In this document: positions 36,894 through 46,141 of the stretch, piece after piece | How the letters are laid out: each line of letters opens with the position of its first letter | How positions within the stretch are numbered: position 1 is the first letter of the stretch | Made by a program: the position numbers and the translations under genes | The notes under the pieces: generated by a model | The model's input: the letters and a program-made list of their open reading frames with translations, nothing else | Told to the model about the DNA's origin: nothing | Databases searched by the model: none | Source: an uncultured bacterium | GTDB taxonomy: Bacteria; Hydrogenedentota; Hydrogenedentia; Hydrogenedentales; Hydrogenedentaceae | DNA length: 64,000 bases | NCBI GenBank assembly: GCA_938014335.1 | Contig: CALLRP010000006.1 | Location: forward strand, 14,226 to 78,225 | Direction of reading: 5' to 3'

Positions 36894-38231
36894 GTGTATA
36901 TTATGAATAAACCGAATTCTTATTCTCGAAGGGCATTTGTAAAAAATGTTCTTATGGGAACTGCAGGAATGGCTATTGCCCCTACAATTATTCCTTCTTA
37001 TGTCTGGGGTGCGGAACCTTCTACTTTGCCAAATGAAAGAATTACAGTTGCTTGTATTGGTGTAGGAGGTCAGGGCAAGTATGATATGAAAGCTTTTTTG
37101 AGCCTGCCTGAGGTTCAAGTTGTCGCTGTTTGCGATGTAGATGATACCCATGCACGGGAAGCCCAAAAAATTGTAAATGATTTCTATGCTCAAAAAAAAG
37201 ATATACCTTCCTATAAGGGTTGTGATACATATCATGATTTTCGAGATGTAATTGCCCGTAAGGATGTTGATGCAGTGATGATAGCGACACCTGACCATTG
37301 GCACCCGATCATATCTGTTATGTCTGCAAAAGAGGGAAAAGATATTTATTGTGAAAAACCATTGTCGAACTCTATTCCAGAGGGTAAAGCCGTAGTAGAG
37401 GCTATTCGTAAATATCGTAGAGTGTTCCAGACGGGGAGTCATGAGCGTTCTCGTGATAATGCAAGATATGCGTGTGAGTTAGTGCGGAATGGAAGAATAG
37501 GAAAATTACATACTATACGGGTAAATATGCCTGTGGACAACCATACTCCTATTCCTCCTCAACCCGAAATGCCTGTTCCCCCCGGGTTTGACTATGATTT
37601 CTGGTTGGGTCCTGCTCCCAAAGAACCCTATACAGAAAAAAGATGTCATTTCTGGTTCCGTTATATACTGGATTACAGTGGTGGGGAAATGACTGACCGT
37701 GGAGCTCACATTATTGATTTAGGACAATTAGGTAATGGAACGGATAATACTTTCCCCATCTCCGTAGAGGGAAAAGGTTTTTTCCCGAAGGAAGGTTTAT
37801 TTAATACTGCAATGAGTTATGAATTCCGCTTTGAATACGCAAATGGGGTGGAATTATTAGGGAAAAGTATAGGACCACGCGGGATTAAATTTGAAGGAGA
37901 TAAAGGATGGATTTTTATTTACATCCATGGAGGAGACCTACGAGCGAGTCCTTCTTCTTTACTTCAGGAAACCATAGGACCAAATGAAATTCATTTGGGA
38001 CGGAGTAAAGGACATCACAAAAACTTTATTGAGTGTGTGAAATCCCGCAAAGACCCAATGGCTCCTGTTGAGGTAGGTTATCACACTGCAACAATGTGCC
38101 ACATGGCTAATATTTCTATGAGACTTGGAAGAAAACTAAATTGGGACCCCGAAAAAGAAATGTTTATCAATGATGATGAAGCCAACCGTATGATGCAACC
38201 TTCAATGAGAGCCCCCTGGACATTAGGCTAA
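36894..38231 (+). CDS. Tat-signal Gfo/Idh/MocA-family oxidoreductase
   Basis: 445 aa. Twin-arginine signal SRRAFVKNVLMGTAGMAIAP, Rossmann motif VACIGVGGQGKYD and the EKP motif (IYCEKPL). Confidence 0.9.
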   Translation: MYIMNKPNSYSRRAFVKNVLMGTAGMAIAPTIIPSYVWGAEPSTLPNERITVACIGVGGQGKYDMKAFLSLPEVQVVAVCDVDDTHAREAQKIVNDFYAQKKDIPSYKGCDTYHDFRDVIARKDVDAVMIATPDHWHPIISVMSAKEGKDIYCEKPLSNSIPEGKAVVEAIRKYRRVFQTGSHERSRDNARYACELVRNGRIGKLHTIRVNMPVDNHTPIPPQPEMPVPPGFDYDFWLGPAPKEPYTEKRCHFWFRYILDYSGGEMTDRGAHIIDLGQLGNGTDNTFPISVEGKGFFPKEGLFNTAMSYEFRFEYANGVELLGKSIGPRGIKFEGDKGWIFIYIHGGDLRASPSSLLQETIGPNEIHLGRSKGHHKNFIECVKSRKDPMAPVEVGYHTATMCHMANISMRLGRKLNWDPEKEMFINDDEANRMMQPSMRAPWTLG

Positions 38232-38249
38232 ACAAAAAGGAGATGAAAC

Positions 38250-40790
38250 ATGAAAAATTATTTTTTTACAAATATATTCCTTCCATTAATTGTTTTGACA
38301 ACAGTAGTCTTTGCTCAAGAAGTTACAGATATAGAAAGGGCTCTGGATTACCTAAAAACTTACAAGTTTGGAATGAACCGTGAACCTTTGGAACCTATTT
38401 TAGAAGCAATAACAACAACGCAAAACAATCCCGCCAAACAGGAAAAATTGTCAAAACAACTTATTGGAATTTTGCCTCAATGTTCAATAGATGGTAAAAG
38501 GTTTATTGCTCGCCAATTAGTTGTAATTGCAACTCCCTCTGTTATTTCAGGAATTGAGCCTTTATTAAAGGATAAGGAAACAATAGATTTGGGTTGTCGT
38601 ATTTTGGAACAAATTCCTGAAAAAGAGGCGACGCAAGCACTTCTGAATGCTTTGAAACGAGACGGAATAACAGAAGATGATAAAATTAGTTTTATTAATT
38701 CATTAGGAAGAAGAAAAGATAACTTAGCGATAGGTGAATTATCAAAATATCTTGATGATTCCTCATCGAAAGTTCAGAATTCGGCAATAATTGCTTTGGG
38801 TTCTATTGGGGGAAAAGAAGCGGGCAATATTCTGTGGAACTGGGCAAAAAATAAATCCATGACTGACAATTCTGAAGTCCAATCGGCATTGCTAAAAATA
38901 GCAAGCCGATTAGTTGAAGACTCACAGGGGAAAGATACTGCATTGGAGATTTACTCTTCTTTATTCAGTGATGATAAAACAACATCTATAAATAAAGGAT
39001 ATGCTCTAAGAGGATTGGTTCAGTTAAAAGGGAAAGATGCTCTCAATGAAGTCTGGCAGAGCGTTTATAGTGAAGATACAATACTTTCTTCCACAGGGAT
39101 AGACCTATTAAAGGACCCAACCTTTTCAGAGGATTTAATTTTGGAGAAATGTGTAAATTCCTTGAAAATAGCCAGTCCGAGAATTCAATTAGGGTTATTA
39201 GAAGTAATTGCTTCCCGTAAAATGAAAGAGGCTGTTTTGCAGGTATTAGCACTTGTAGAAAAATCAGAAGGTGAAGTAAAAACATCTGCTATTCAGTGTT
39301 TAGGGCAGATGGGAGATAATAGGGCTATAGAACCATTGATAAACATCGTATTAAATAACTCTCGTGAAATTAGGGAAATAGCAAAAGATGCATTAATTAA
39401 ATTAGATAGTCCAGACGGGAATAAGTACTTAATGGAGAAAATTCAAAAAGGAAGTCCCGAGGTAAAGAAATTGGCAGTTGAATTAATTACAGAACGCAGA
39501 GCTATTGAAGCAAAAGGAATTATGAAAGATGCTATAGCAAAGAATGACAAAGATATAATAGAGGGTGCACTCAATTATCTTGCTGTTTTGGGAAATGAAG
39601 AGGATTTACCTTTCCTATTTGATAAACTTATGTCTAATGCTGAAAATGGTTCTATATACATTCCGGCTATCTCTTTGATTATGGATAGGACAGGTGATGA
39701 AGGTCGTAAAGTAATGTTAATAACAGAACAGTGGCAATTATGTAAAAATGATGTACAGAAGAAATTGATAATTACATTACTGGGAAATGTTAAAAGTCCA
39801 GAAGCATGTGCAATGCTTGAAATTCTGTTGGCAAGCGAGCCGAACTTGAAAACCAGTATTTTGCAAGTTATGGGGCAATGTGATGATGCAAACACTTTGC
39901 AAAAGATAGTAAATGGAATTGCGCAGGAAACAGATGAAGAAGTTAAGAATGTGGGTATTTTAAGTTCCTTAAATATACTGAGAACGCTTAATTTAACGGA
40001 TAAACAAAAATATGATTATTATGTAAGCCTTTGGAAGATGGCAGGCAACAAACCTAATCTCCAAAAAAATATATTGGGGGGTCTTGCGAAATTAAGTCTG
40101 TTAGAAGTATTAGATTTCATAAATGGAGTGAATATCAATGACGCAATAAAAGCGGATTGGGCAAATGCTAGATTTAGTATTGCTCGAAATATTAGTTTTT
40201 CATATCCTTCAAAAACTATACCTATTTTGGAAGAAACACTTCCCAATTTGAAGGATAATCAGGCGAAAGAGGTAGGGAACTTACTAAATGGTCTTAAAAA
40301 TAAAGGTGATTTTCTATGTTCCTGGAGTGTAAGTGGACCCTACCGTATTGAAGATTATAGTGCAAGAAGGTTGTTTGACGAGGTATCTTTACCACCAGAG
40401 ACAGATGTGAATTCTGTCCAGGACTGGCGCATTTTACCTATGAAAGTGCGCGAAGATGGCTTGATTTATGCCGATTTAGCCGATTTTTTGGGAGGAGAGG
40501 TAGAATGTGTAGCCTATGTGCTATGTAAACTGAAACTTCCTGAACCTTCTAATGCAAAACTTTTATTGGGAAGTAATGATGGAGTTAAAGTGTGGCTGAA
40601 TGGCAAATTGATACACTCATATCCCGAAGGAAGGACGATGACACCTGATCAAGATCAAATTCCTGTTACATTACAAAATGAAAATGTATTACTTATGGCT
40701 GTATATAATCAAGGTGCAGCATGGGAATTTACTGTTAAACTTCAAGGAGTTCCAGTAGATAAAATATCCGTAGAACCCTATTTACCATGA
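38250..40790 (+). CDS. Secreted HEAT/PBS-lyase-repeat protein with C-terminal beta-sandwich-like domain
   Basis: 846 aa. Signal peptide (IFLPLIVLTTVVFAQE). Many ~30-aa HEAT-like units (VQNSAIIALGSIGGKEA, VKTSAIQCLGQMGDNRAIEPL, IREIAKDALIKLDSP). C-terminal ~150 aa contain LLLGSNDGVKVWLNGKLI. AAGGAG lies upstream. Confidence 0.75.
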   Translation: MKNYFFTNIFLPLIVLTTVVFAQEVTDIERALDYLKTYKFGMNREPLEPILEAITTTQNNPAKQEKLSKQLIGILPQCSIDGKRFIARQLVVIATPSVISGIEPLLKDKETIDLGCRILEQIPEKEATQALLNALKRDGITEDDKISFINSLGRRKDNLAIGELSKYLDDSSSKVQNSAIIALGSIGGKEAGNILWNWAKNKSMTDNSEVQSALLKIASRLVEDSQGKDTALEIYSSLFSDDKTTSINKGYALRGLVQLKGKDALNEVWQSVYSEDTILSSTGIDLLKDPTFSEDLILEKCVNSLKIASPRIQLGLLEVIASRKMKEAVLQVLALVEKSEGEVKTSAIQCLGQMGDNRAIEPLINIVLNNSREIREIAKDALIKLDSPDGNKYLMEKIQKGSPEVKKLAVELITERRAIEAKGIMKDAIAKNDKDIIEGALNYLAVLGNEEDLPFLFDKLMSNAENGSIYIPAISLIMDRTGDEGRKVMLITEQWQLCKNDVQKKLIITLLGNVKSPEACAMLEILLASEPNLKTSILQVMGQCDDANTLQKIVNGIAQETDEEVKNVGILSSLNILRTLNLTDKQKYDYYVSLWKMAGNKPNLQKNILGGLAKLSLLEVLDFINGVNINDAIKADWANARFSIARNISFSYPSKTIPILEETLPNLKDNQAKEVGNLLNGLKNKGDFLCSWSVSGPYRIEDYSARRLFDEVSLPPETDVNSVQDWRILPMKVREDGLIYADLADFLGGEVECVAYVLCKLKLPEPSNAKLLLGSNDGVKVWLNGKLIHSYPEGRTMTPDQDQIPVTLQNENVLLMAVYNQGAAWEFTVKLQGVPVDKISVEPYLP

Positions 40791-40869
40791 GTTAAAAGGC
40801 AAGACTTTTATAGTAAAATAAGTATCAAGGAGTGTTGTATATATACAGTTCAAAAGGAGTTGATGCGTT

Positions 40870-42510
40870 GTGCCTTTATTGATTGTTGAACAACAAGGAG
40901 TTTCTACTCAGACTATTCCTATTGGAGACAAAGAAATAATATTAGGACGTTCTACGGATTGTGATGTGATGTTGACCGCAGATGAAATTTCTCGTCATCA
41001 TGCGAAGATTTTTATTAAAGATGGGACCTATATGATTGCAGACTTAAAAAGTTTGAATGGTACCTATGTTAACCGCCAAAGGATTGTAGAACATAAACTT
41101 AAACATTTAGATGAGATATGGTTGGGGAGTAAATGTAGGATTATATTCAGAGAGGATGTCTCTCAAAAGGAACCGGGCACAATACGTGAAAAGGATAAGC
41201 ATGAGAGTAAATATCATAGTCATATGGAGCAAATTCGTGAAGAAATAGAGGAGGTCAGAAACACCTTATTTAAAATATCGAAAGAACAAGTGGGTATATC
41301 TCAACAGAAGACGATAGAAGAATCCGCTCCCTCACTTGATATTAGAAAATTAAGTCGTGCTTATCGTCGTTTAGATGCTTTGTATAAAGCAACACAAATT
41401 ATGGGTTCTACTAATAATTTGGATTCAAAACTTCTACAATTATTAGACTTGGTTATTGAAATTCTTGGAGCAGAACGAGGCTTTATTCTTCTTAAAGATG
41501 AAGATAGAAATACTTTGATTACAAAAGTTGCACGGGCGATGAGTTCCGAGTTAGAAGCATCCTCCCCAAGCATGGGAATTGCCAGTCGGTCAGCTATTGA
41601 TGGTGAACCTGTACTTATGATGGACCGTTCTGCGAATGCGGAGTTTGGTAATAGAGAAAGTGTTATCGCCCGAAAAATAACAAGTGCCATGTGTGTTCCA
41701 CTGCGAATTGAAGATAGAATATTAGGTTCGATTTATATTGACACGATCAAGAAAAAAGCCTTTTTTGATGAAGAAGATTTAGAACTATTTTGCTCTATGG
41801 GCAATCAGATTGCACTTGCAATAGAAAATGCCCGCCTAAACCAAAAAATGATAGAGGAAGAGCGCAAAAAGGATAACTTCAGAAGATTTCTTGCTGATGT
41901 TGTGGTAGAAAGGATTATGAGTGAAGGTTCTGCTTTAAAGTTAGGGGGAGAAAAGAAAAGAGTAACCACAATGTTTTGTGACATTCGAGGGTCGTCTCAA
42001 TTAGCCGAAAAACTTTCTCCTCAAGAATTGTTACATCTATTAAACGAACATTTTACTGCAATGACAGAAATTATCTTTACATGGAATGGGACATTGGATA
42101 AATATATAGGTGATGAAATTATGGCGGTATTCGGTGCCCCTATTCCTACGGGTGATGATGCGTATGCAGCGGTATGTTCTGCATTAGATATATTAAAAAA
42201 GAATGAAGAATTAAATGTGTTAAGAATTTCTGAAGGAAAACCTGCCTTCCAGTTGGGGATTGGAATTGAAACAGGTGATGTAATAGCAGGTTTTATCGGC
42301 TCACCAAAAAGAATGGAATATACCGTCGTAGGGGATAGAGTAAATTCGGCAAAGAGATTATGTGACATGGCGAATCCGGGGACAATTGTTGTTGGCAGTG
42401 AAACCTGGGGAGAGTTAAAAGGAAGAGTTAGAGGATCACCTATAGGAACATTCAAAGTGAAGAATAAAGAGCAATTTATTGTCGCTTATGAAGTGAAAGG
42501 GCTGATATGA
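40870..42510 (+). CDS. FHA-GAF-class III adenylate/guanylate cyclase
   Basis: GTG start.
- FHA: IILGRSTDCDVMLTADEISRHHAKI...LNGTYVNRQRI.
- GAF: about residues 175-320.
- Cyclase: VTTMFCDIRGSSQL, YIGDEIMAVFGAP, GIETGDVIAGFIGS, YTVVGDRVNSAKRL. Confidence 0.88.
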   Translation: MPLLIVEQQGVSTQTIPIGDKEIILGRSTDCDVMLTADEISRHHAKIFIKDGTYMIADLKSLNGTYVNRQRIVEHKLKHLDEIWLGSKCRIIFREDVSQKEPGTIREKDKHESKYHSHMEQIREEIEEVRNTLFKISKEQVGISQQKTIEESAPSLDIRKLSRAYRRLDALYKATQIMGSTNNLDSKLLQLLDLVIEILGAERGFILLKDEDRNTLITKVARAMSSELEASSPSMGIASRSAIDGEPVLMMDRSANAEFGNRESVIARKITSAMCVPLRIEDRILGSIYIDTIKKKAFFDEEDLELFCSMGNQIALAIENARLNQKMIEEERKKDNFRRFLADVVVERIMSEGSALKLGGEKKRVTTMFCDIRGSSQLAEKLSPQELLHLLNEHFTAMTEIIFTWNGTLDKYIGDEIMAVFGAPIPTGDDAYAAVCSALDILKKNEELNVLRISEGKPAFQLGIGIETGDVIAGFIGSPKRMEYTVVGDRVNSAKRLCDMANPGTIVVGSETWGELKGRVRGSPIGTFKVKNKEQFIVAYEVKGLI

Positions 42511-42528
42511 GTTTGGTCTAATAATACT

Positions 42529-43131
42529 TTACGGTGAATGCTGTGTCAAAAGGAACTTCCAAATAACAAATGATAAACATAAAACCCCTGTAAACACTAT
42601 GATGATATGAAAAATCCATTGTTTTATAAAAGTATTTTTATTTGTGTCGGGATTTAATTCAACTCCAATTGGACTATACAATAATTCGGGAGGGCGATTT
42701 TGACTATATACAGATTGAGCCATTTCTATCGCCTTTAATGCCTGTTTATAAATAGTTTCTTTAATTACCTTTTTCCCTTGAGGACTATCCCAAAAAATAT
42801 ACCCTGCTTTTTTCCAGCCTTCTTCAAGTCTTTTTTTGCGTAATACGGGAGCTTCGTATGAAAGTTCTAAACGATGTCCAAGTTCCCTGCGATGAATTTG
42901 GGGTGTTTCCCATGGAGTGTCTATAACAATTTCAACAGACTTACTTTTTAATTCTGGGAGAGAAGCATTATCCACCCACTGCCCTTGTAGAATAAGTCCA
43001 CCATAAAACTCATTTTGTTCTCTTTGAATTTTAATTAAGAATGTTGGGATATTTTCTGGAATTTCACCATAAAAGGATTGTGCTCCATAAGATAAACAAC
43101 AGAGTATAATGTAAATAGATGTCTGTAACAT
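42529..43131 (-). CDS. Hypothetical protein with signal peptide and C-terminal TM anchor
   Basis: 200-aa ORF. N-terminal hydrophobic segment (IYIILCCLSYGAQS) and a C-terminal TM (IFHIIIVFTGVLCLSFVIW). No recognisable family. Confidence 0.5.
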   Translation of the reverse strand: MLQTSIYIILCCLSYGAQSFYGEIPENIPTFLIKIQREQNEFYGGLILQGQWVDNASLPELKSKSVEIVIDTPWETPQIHRRELGHRLELSYEAPVLRKKRLEEGWKKAGYIFWDSPQGKKVIKETIYKQALKAIEMAQSVYSQNRPPELLYSPIGVELNPDTNKNTFIKQWIFHIIIVFTGVLCLSFVIWKFLLTQHSP

Positions 43132-43243
43132 AATCTTTTATAAACAATTTTTAATTTTTTTCGTTATATGATATAACGATTGTAAGATATTTAACCTTCA
43201 ATTACATAATTATAAACAATTGTTACTATTTTGGGGTGAATTT

Positions 43244-44260
43244 ATGAAAAGGAAAAAATTGAGTTTTATTGCTATCTGGCTTCTTGTTTTAGTTGCTGGT
43301 TTTTCTTGTAAATCTACAAACAAAGAAGAAAAAAATAATATTCAGACCGAAATCACAAAAGAAGAAAGTATTTTCGACCTTGTCAGAGAGTCAGCTTTAT
43401 TAAATGTGATCGTGAGAAAGTTAGGTCATGAGTTCCCTGTATCTATTTCAGTAGTCAACGGTGCTGAAATACGATGGGTTCAAATTGATAAACCCGAAAA
43501 AGATGTCTCCGATTTAATTCGGCAAATATCTGAAAATACCAATATGGCTTTACAAGAAATAAACGATTATTATTTTTTATATCCGTTAGAACAATCTATA
43601 TATGAAAATCTAACGAAACTTTCACTAACAGAACTACCACAAAAATATTCTAATATAAAAATAACTGCAGGATTTGGTGCAGGGACAAAACTATTTAATG
43701 TCTTTAATAGCCTTAATTTTACTTATGGTTGTAATATTGTTGCAGATAACAGCCTTGCAGAATTACCTATTGGTGAACTGGTAGTTTTTCAAAAGCCTTT
43801 AAGTGTGGCATTAGAAATGATATTAAAAAGTGCCCGTATAGTTCCTCAAAGTATTCGTTGGTGCGCAAAAGATGATTTTATATTTTTTTATACTCCATTA
43901 AATATGAGAGTAGATCAACTTACTGGATGTAAGGTTTTTGATAACGAAGGGAAACAATCTATATTGGACAAAGAAGTAATCATTTCTCTACCAAAATCTG
44001 TTCCATTAAATAAAAAAGGTTCTCTTCCTTTTTATGATGGGGCAATGCCATTATCTAAAATTGCTCCTGTTCTTGCAAATCAAACAGGTCTTACAATAGA
44101 AATGATGGTCGGGACTGAAAACCTACCTATAAATCCATGTTATTTGAATAAAATAAAACTTAAATTAGCCCTTGATTTGTTAACTTTTCAGTGGTTAGAT
44201 ACATCGTATACATATTCTATTGAGAATGAAAAAATCGTTTTTATTAAATTGGGTAACTAA
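43244..44260 (+). CDS. Putative lipoprotein of unknown function, first gene of second Ton-like cluster
   Basis: ATG at 43244 gives MKRKKLSFIAIWLLVLVAGFSC (lipobox-like AGFSC). No family recognised. It is followed on the same strand by a TonB-like gene and an ExbB-like gene. Confidence 0.55.
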   Translation: MKRKKLSFIAIWLLVLVAGFSCKSTNKEEKNNIQTEITKEESIFDLVRESALLNVIVRKLGHEFPVSISVVNGAEIRWVQIDKPEKDVSDLIRQISENTNMALQEINDYYFLYPLEQSIYENLTKLSLTELPQKYSNIKITAGFGAGTKLFNVFNSLNFTYGCNIVADNSLAELPIGELVVFQKPLSVALEMILKSARIVPQSIRWCAKDDFIFFYTPLNMRVDQLTGCKVFDNEGKQSILDKEVIISLPKSVPLNKKGSLPFYDGAMPLSKIAPVLANQTGLTIEMMVGTENLPINPCYLNKIKLKLALDLLTFQWLDTSYTYSIENEKIVFIKLGN

Positions 44261-45254
44261 CTGGCAAAACAAATCATTGATGAATCTACACTATTTTATA
44301 ACTCAAAATAAAAGACAGATGTCCTATACTCAAAAAATATCTTTTTTTATATGGGTATCATTTATTGCTCATTTATGTGTATTGAGTATTTTTACAAAAA
44401 TCCCAACTTATAAAGGAATAATCTCCTCCATTCCGAAAGCAAAAACGATAAATATAGAATTTGTAAAACAAGAACCACAAAAATCTACAAAAAAGTTAGT
44501 AGAGGTAGTGGAACCTACAGATGAAATCCCTTCAAAAACAGAAAATATTGGAGAATTTAATTCTATATCTTCTGGTCCTATTAAAAAAGATGGAGATACT
44601 CACGGACCTCCTTTGATAGAAAATGAAAAAATTGAGACATTAGGTTCAGAGCATCAAAAAATACAGATTGCTAATGTTATACCGACTCCTGAAAAACAAT
44701 CGAAAACAAAATCTGTAGATTCTATTAGGAAGAGGAAAGAATCCTCCCATATAGATGTAATCCAAAAAGGACAGTTAAAAACAACACCCCCAAAACAAGA
44801 AGAGCCTCCAAAAGAGAGAGATACACTTATAAATAAAGAAAGCCCAGAAAAAATTGTAGCGCCCGAATATTTACCAAATACATTTACTAAACCGCAGGGG
44901 AAAATATATAATCAGGTTAAAAAGGAAGGAATACTTGGATTTGAGGCACTTCAAGACCAGTTAGCACCTTATTTGAAAGAAATCCAACGAAAAGTAGAAA
45001 AATACTGGATACATTATTTGTTAACACGATATTCTGGGACAAAACCTACAGAGGTTCTCATTGATTGTGAGATAAGTTCTGAAGGTAATATTGTTAAATT
45101 AGATATAATAGGGAACCCTGAAGACCCCCTGTTTGCAGGTATTTGTAAACAAGCCTTACAAAAATCTGCACCTTTTTCACCTTTTCCATTTCAGGTTCCC
45201 GATATATATCAAAATAAAAATCTACAAATACGGTGGACATTTAGTTTCATGTAA
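44220..45254 (+). CDS. TonB-like protein (start uncertain)
   Basis: One TM (ISFFIWVSFIAHLCVLSIF) and a long K/E/P-rich linker (PPKQEEPPKE). The C-terminal domain resembles TonB_C (EVLIDCEISSEGNIVKLDIIGNPEDPLFAGICKQALQKSAPFSPFP). Candidate starts are 44220 (TTG), 44226, 44280 and 44319. Confidence 0.6.
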   Translation: MRMKKSFLLNWVTNWQNKSLMNLHYFITQNKRQMSYTQKISFFIWVSFIAHLCVLSIFTKIPTYKGIISSIPKAKTINIEFVKQEPQKSTKKLVEVVEPTDEIPSKTENIGEFNSISSGPIKKDGDTHGPPLIENEKIETLGSEHQKIQIANVIPTPEKQSKTKSVDSIRKRKESSHIDVIQKGQLKTTPPKQEEPPKERDTLINKESPEKIVAPEYLPNTFTKPQGKIYNQVKKEGILGFEALQDQLAPYLKEIQRKVEKYWIHYLLTRYSGTKPTEVLIDCEISSEGNIVKLDIIGNPEDPLFAGICKQALQKSAPFSPFPFQVPDIYQNKNLQIRWTFSFM

Positions 45255-45274
45255 AGATAAAAGGAGTTTTTAAT

Positions 45275-45889
45275 ATGAACTGGATAAATATGCTTTATCA
45301 AGGGGGATGGGTTATGTTCCCTTTAGGTATATGTTCTGTGATTGCATTGGCAATTATATTAGAGCGTTTGTTTGCACTGAGGATAACGAGAAATGTTCCA
45401 GAAAATCTTGTTCAATTACTTTCTCATCCTAATATGTTAAAAGAACTGGAAACTATTCGTTCTATCGCACACCGTAATAATTCCCTCCTTGGGACACTTG
45501 TTCTTGAAATTATCAATCTTCGTAATGAACCCAAAGAGGTTTTAGTAGAACATATAAATACATTAGGGAGAACACAGTTATCTTATTTGGAACGAGGACT
45601 CACAGTATTGCAAATTATAGCAGTTATAAGTCCATTATTAGGGTTACTGGGAACTGTTTTAGGAATGGTAGATATATTTAATGTAATTACTATAGGAGGT
45701 ATAGGTAATGCGCAAATGCTGGCACAAGGTATTTCAAAAGCATTAATAACCACAGTAGTCGGCTTAATTGTTGCTATCCCTTCATTAGTCGCTTATCATT
45801 TATATTGGAGAAGAGTGGAAGAAATAGGAATAAAAATTCAAGAACTTATTATGCCCTTTTTAATGAAGGTTAAAAGTATCGAAAAATAA
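45275..45889 (+). CDS. MotA/TolQ/ExbB-family proton channel (second copy, no adjacent ExbD)
   Basis: 204 aa. Channel motif SPLLGLLGTVLGMV ... ALITTVVGLIVAIP. AAGGAG lies upstream. Confidence 0.85.
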   Translation: MNWINMLYQGGWVMFPLGICSVIALAIILERLFALRITRNVPENLVQLLSHPNMLKELETIRSIAHRNNSLLGTLVLEIINLRNEPKEVLVEHINTLGRTQLSYLERGLTVLQIIAVISPLLGLLGTVLGMVDIFNVITIGGIGNAQMLAQGISKALITTVVGLIVAIPSLVAYHLYWRRVEEIGIKIQELIMPFLMKVKSIEK

Positions 45890-45976
45890 TTTTCTTTTGT
45901 TTCATTTTACTTCTTTCCTATTAAACCATAAATTTTTGTATAATAATTATGAAAATAAGATATGGAGGCATTTTTC

Positions 45977-46129
45977 ATGAAAGAATTATTAAAGGAGTTT
46001 TGGGATTTCCTGAAAGTGAGAAAAAAGTATTGGCTGGCTCCTATTATTATTACGCTTTTATTATTGGCTGCTTTATTTATCTTTGCAGGAAATGCTGGCG
46101 TAATTTCCCCCTTTATCTATGCTTTATAA
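45977..46129 (+). CDS. 50-aa DUF5989-like small membrane protein (absent from the ORF track)
   Basis: The ATG at 45977 is preceded by GGAGG (45963-45967) and a TATAAT at 45939-45944. Translation: MKELLKEFWDFLKVRKKYWLAPIIITLLLLAALFIFAGNAGVISPFIYAL. From memory this closely matches the DUF5989 consensus (..EFW.FL..RKK.WL.PII..LLLL..L......S...PFIY). The 78-aa track ORF 45949-46185 is in another frame. Confidence 0.65.
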   Translation: MKELLKEFWDFLKVRKKYWLAPIIITLLLLAALFIFAGNAGVISPFIYAL

Positions 46130-46141
46130 GACAACCCTTAT

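Noticed and set aside
36885-37442. 185-aa minus-strand ORF rich in Cys/His/Arg/Ile
   Set aside because: It is antisense to the 5' half of the strongly supported Gfo/Idh/MocA gene. Its composition reflects the reverse complement of real codons.
41361-42455. 109-aa and 144-aa minus-strand ORFs
   Set aside because: They are antisense to the FHA-GAF-cyclase gene, with no start signals or motifs.
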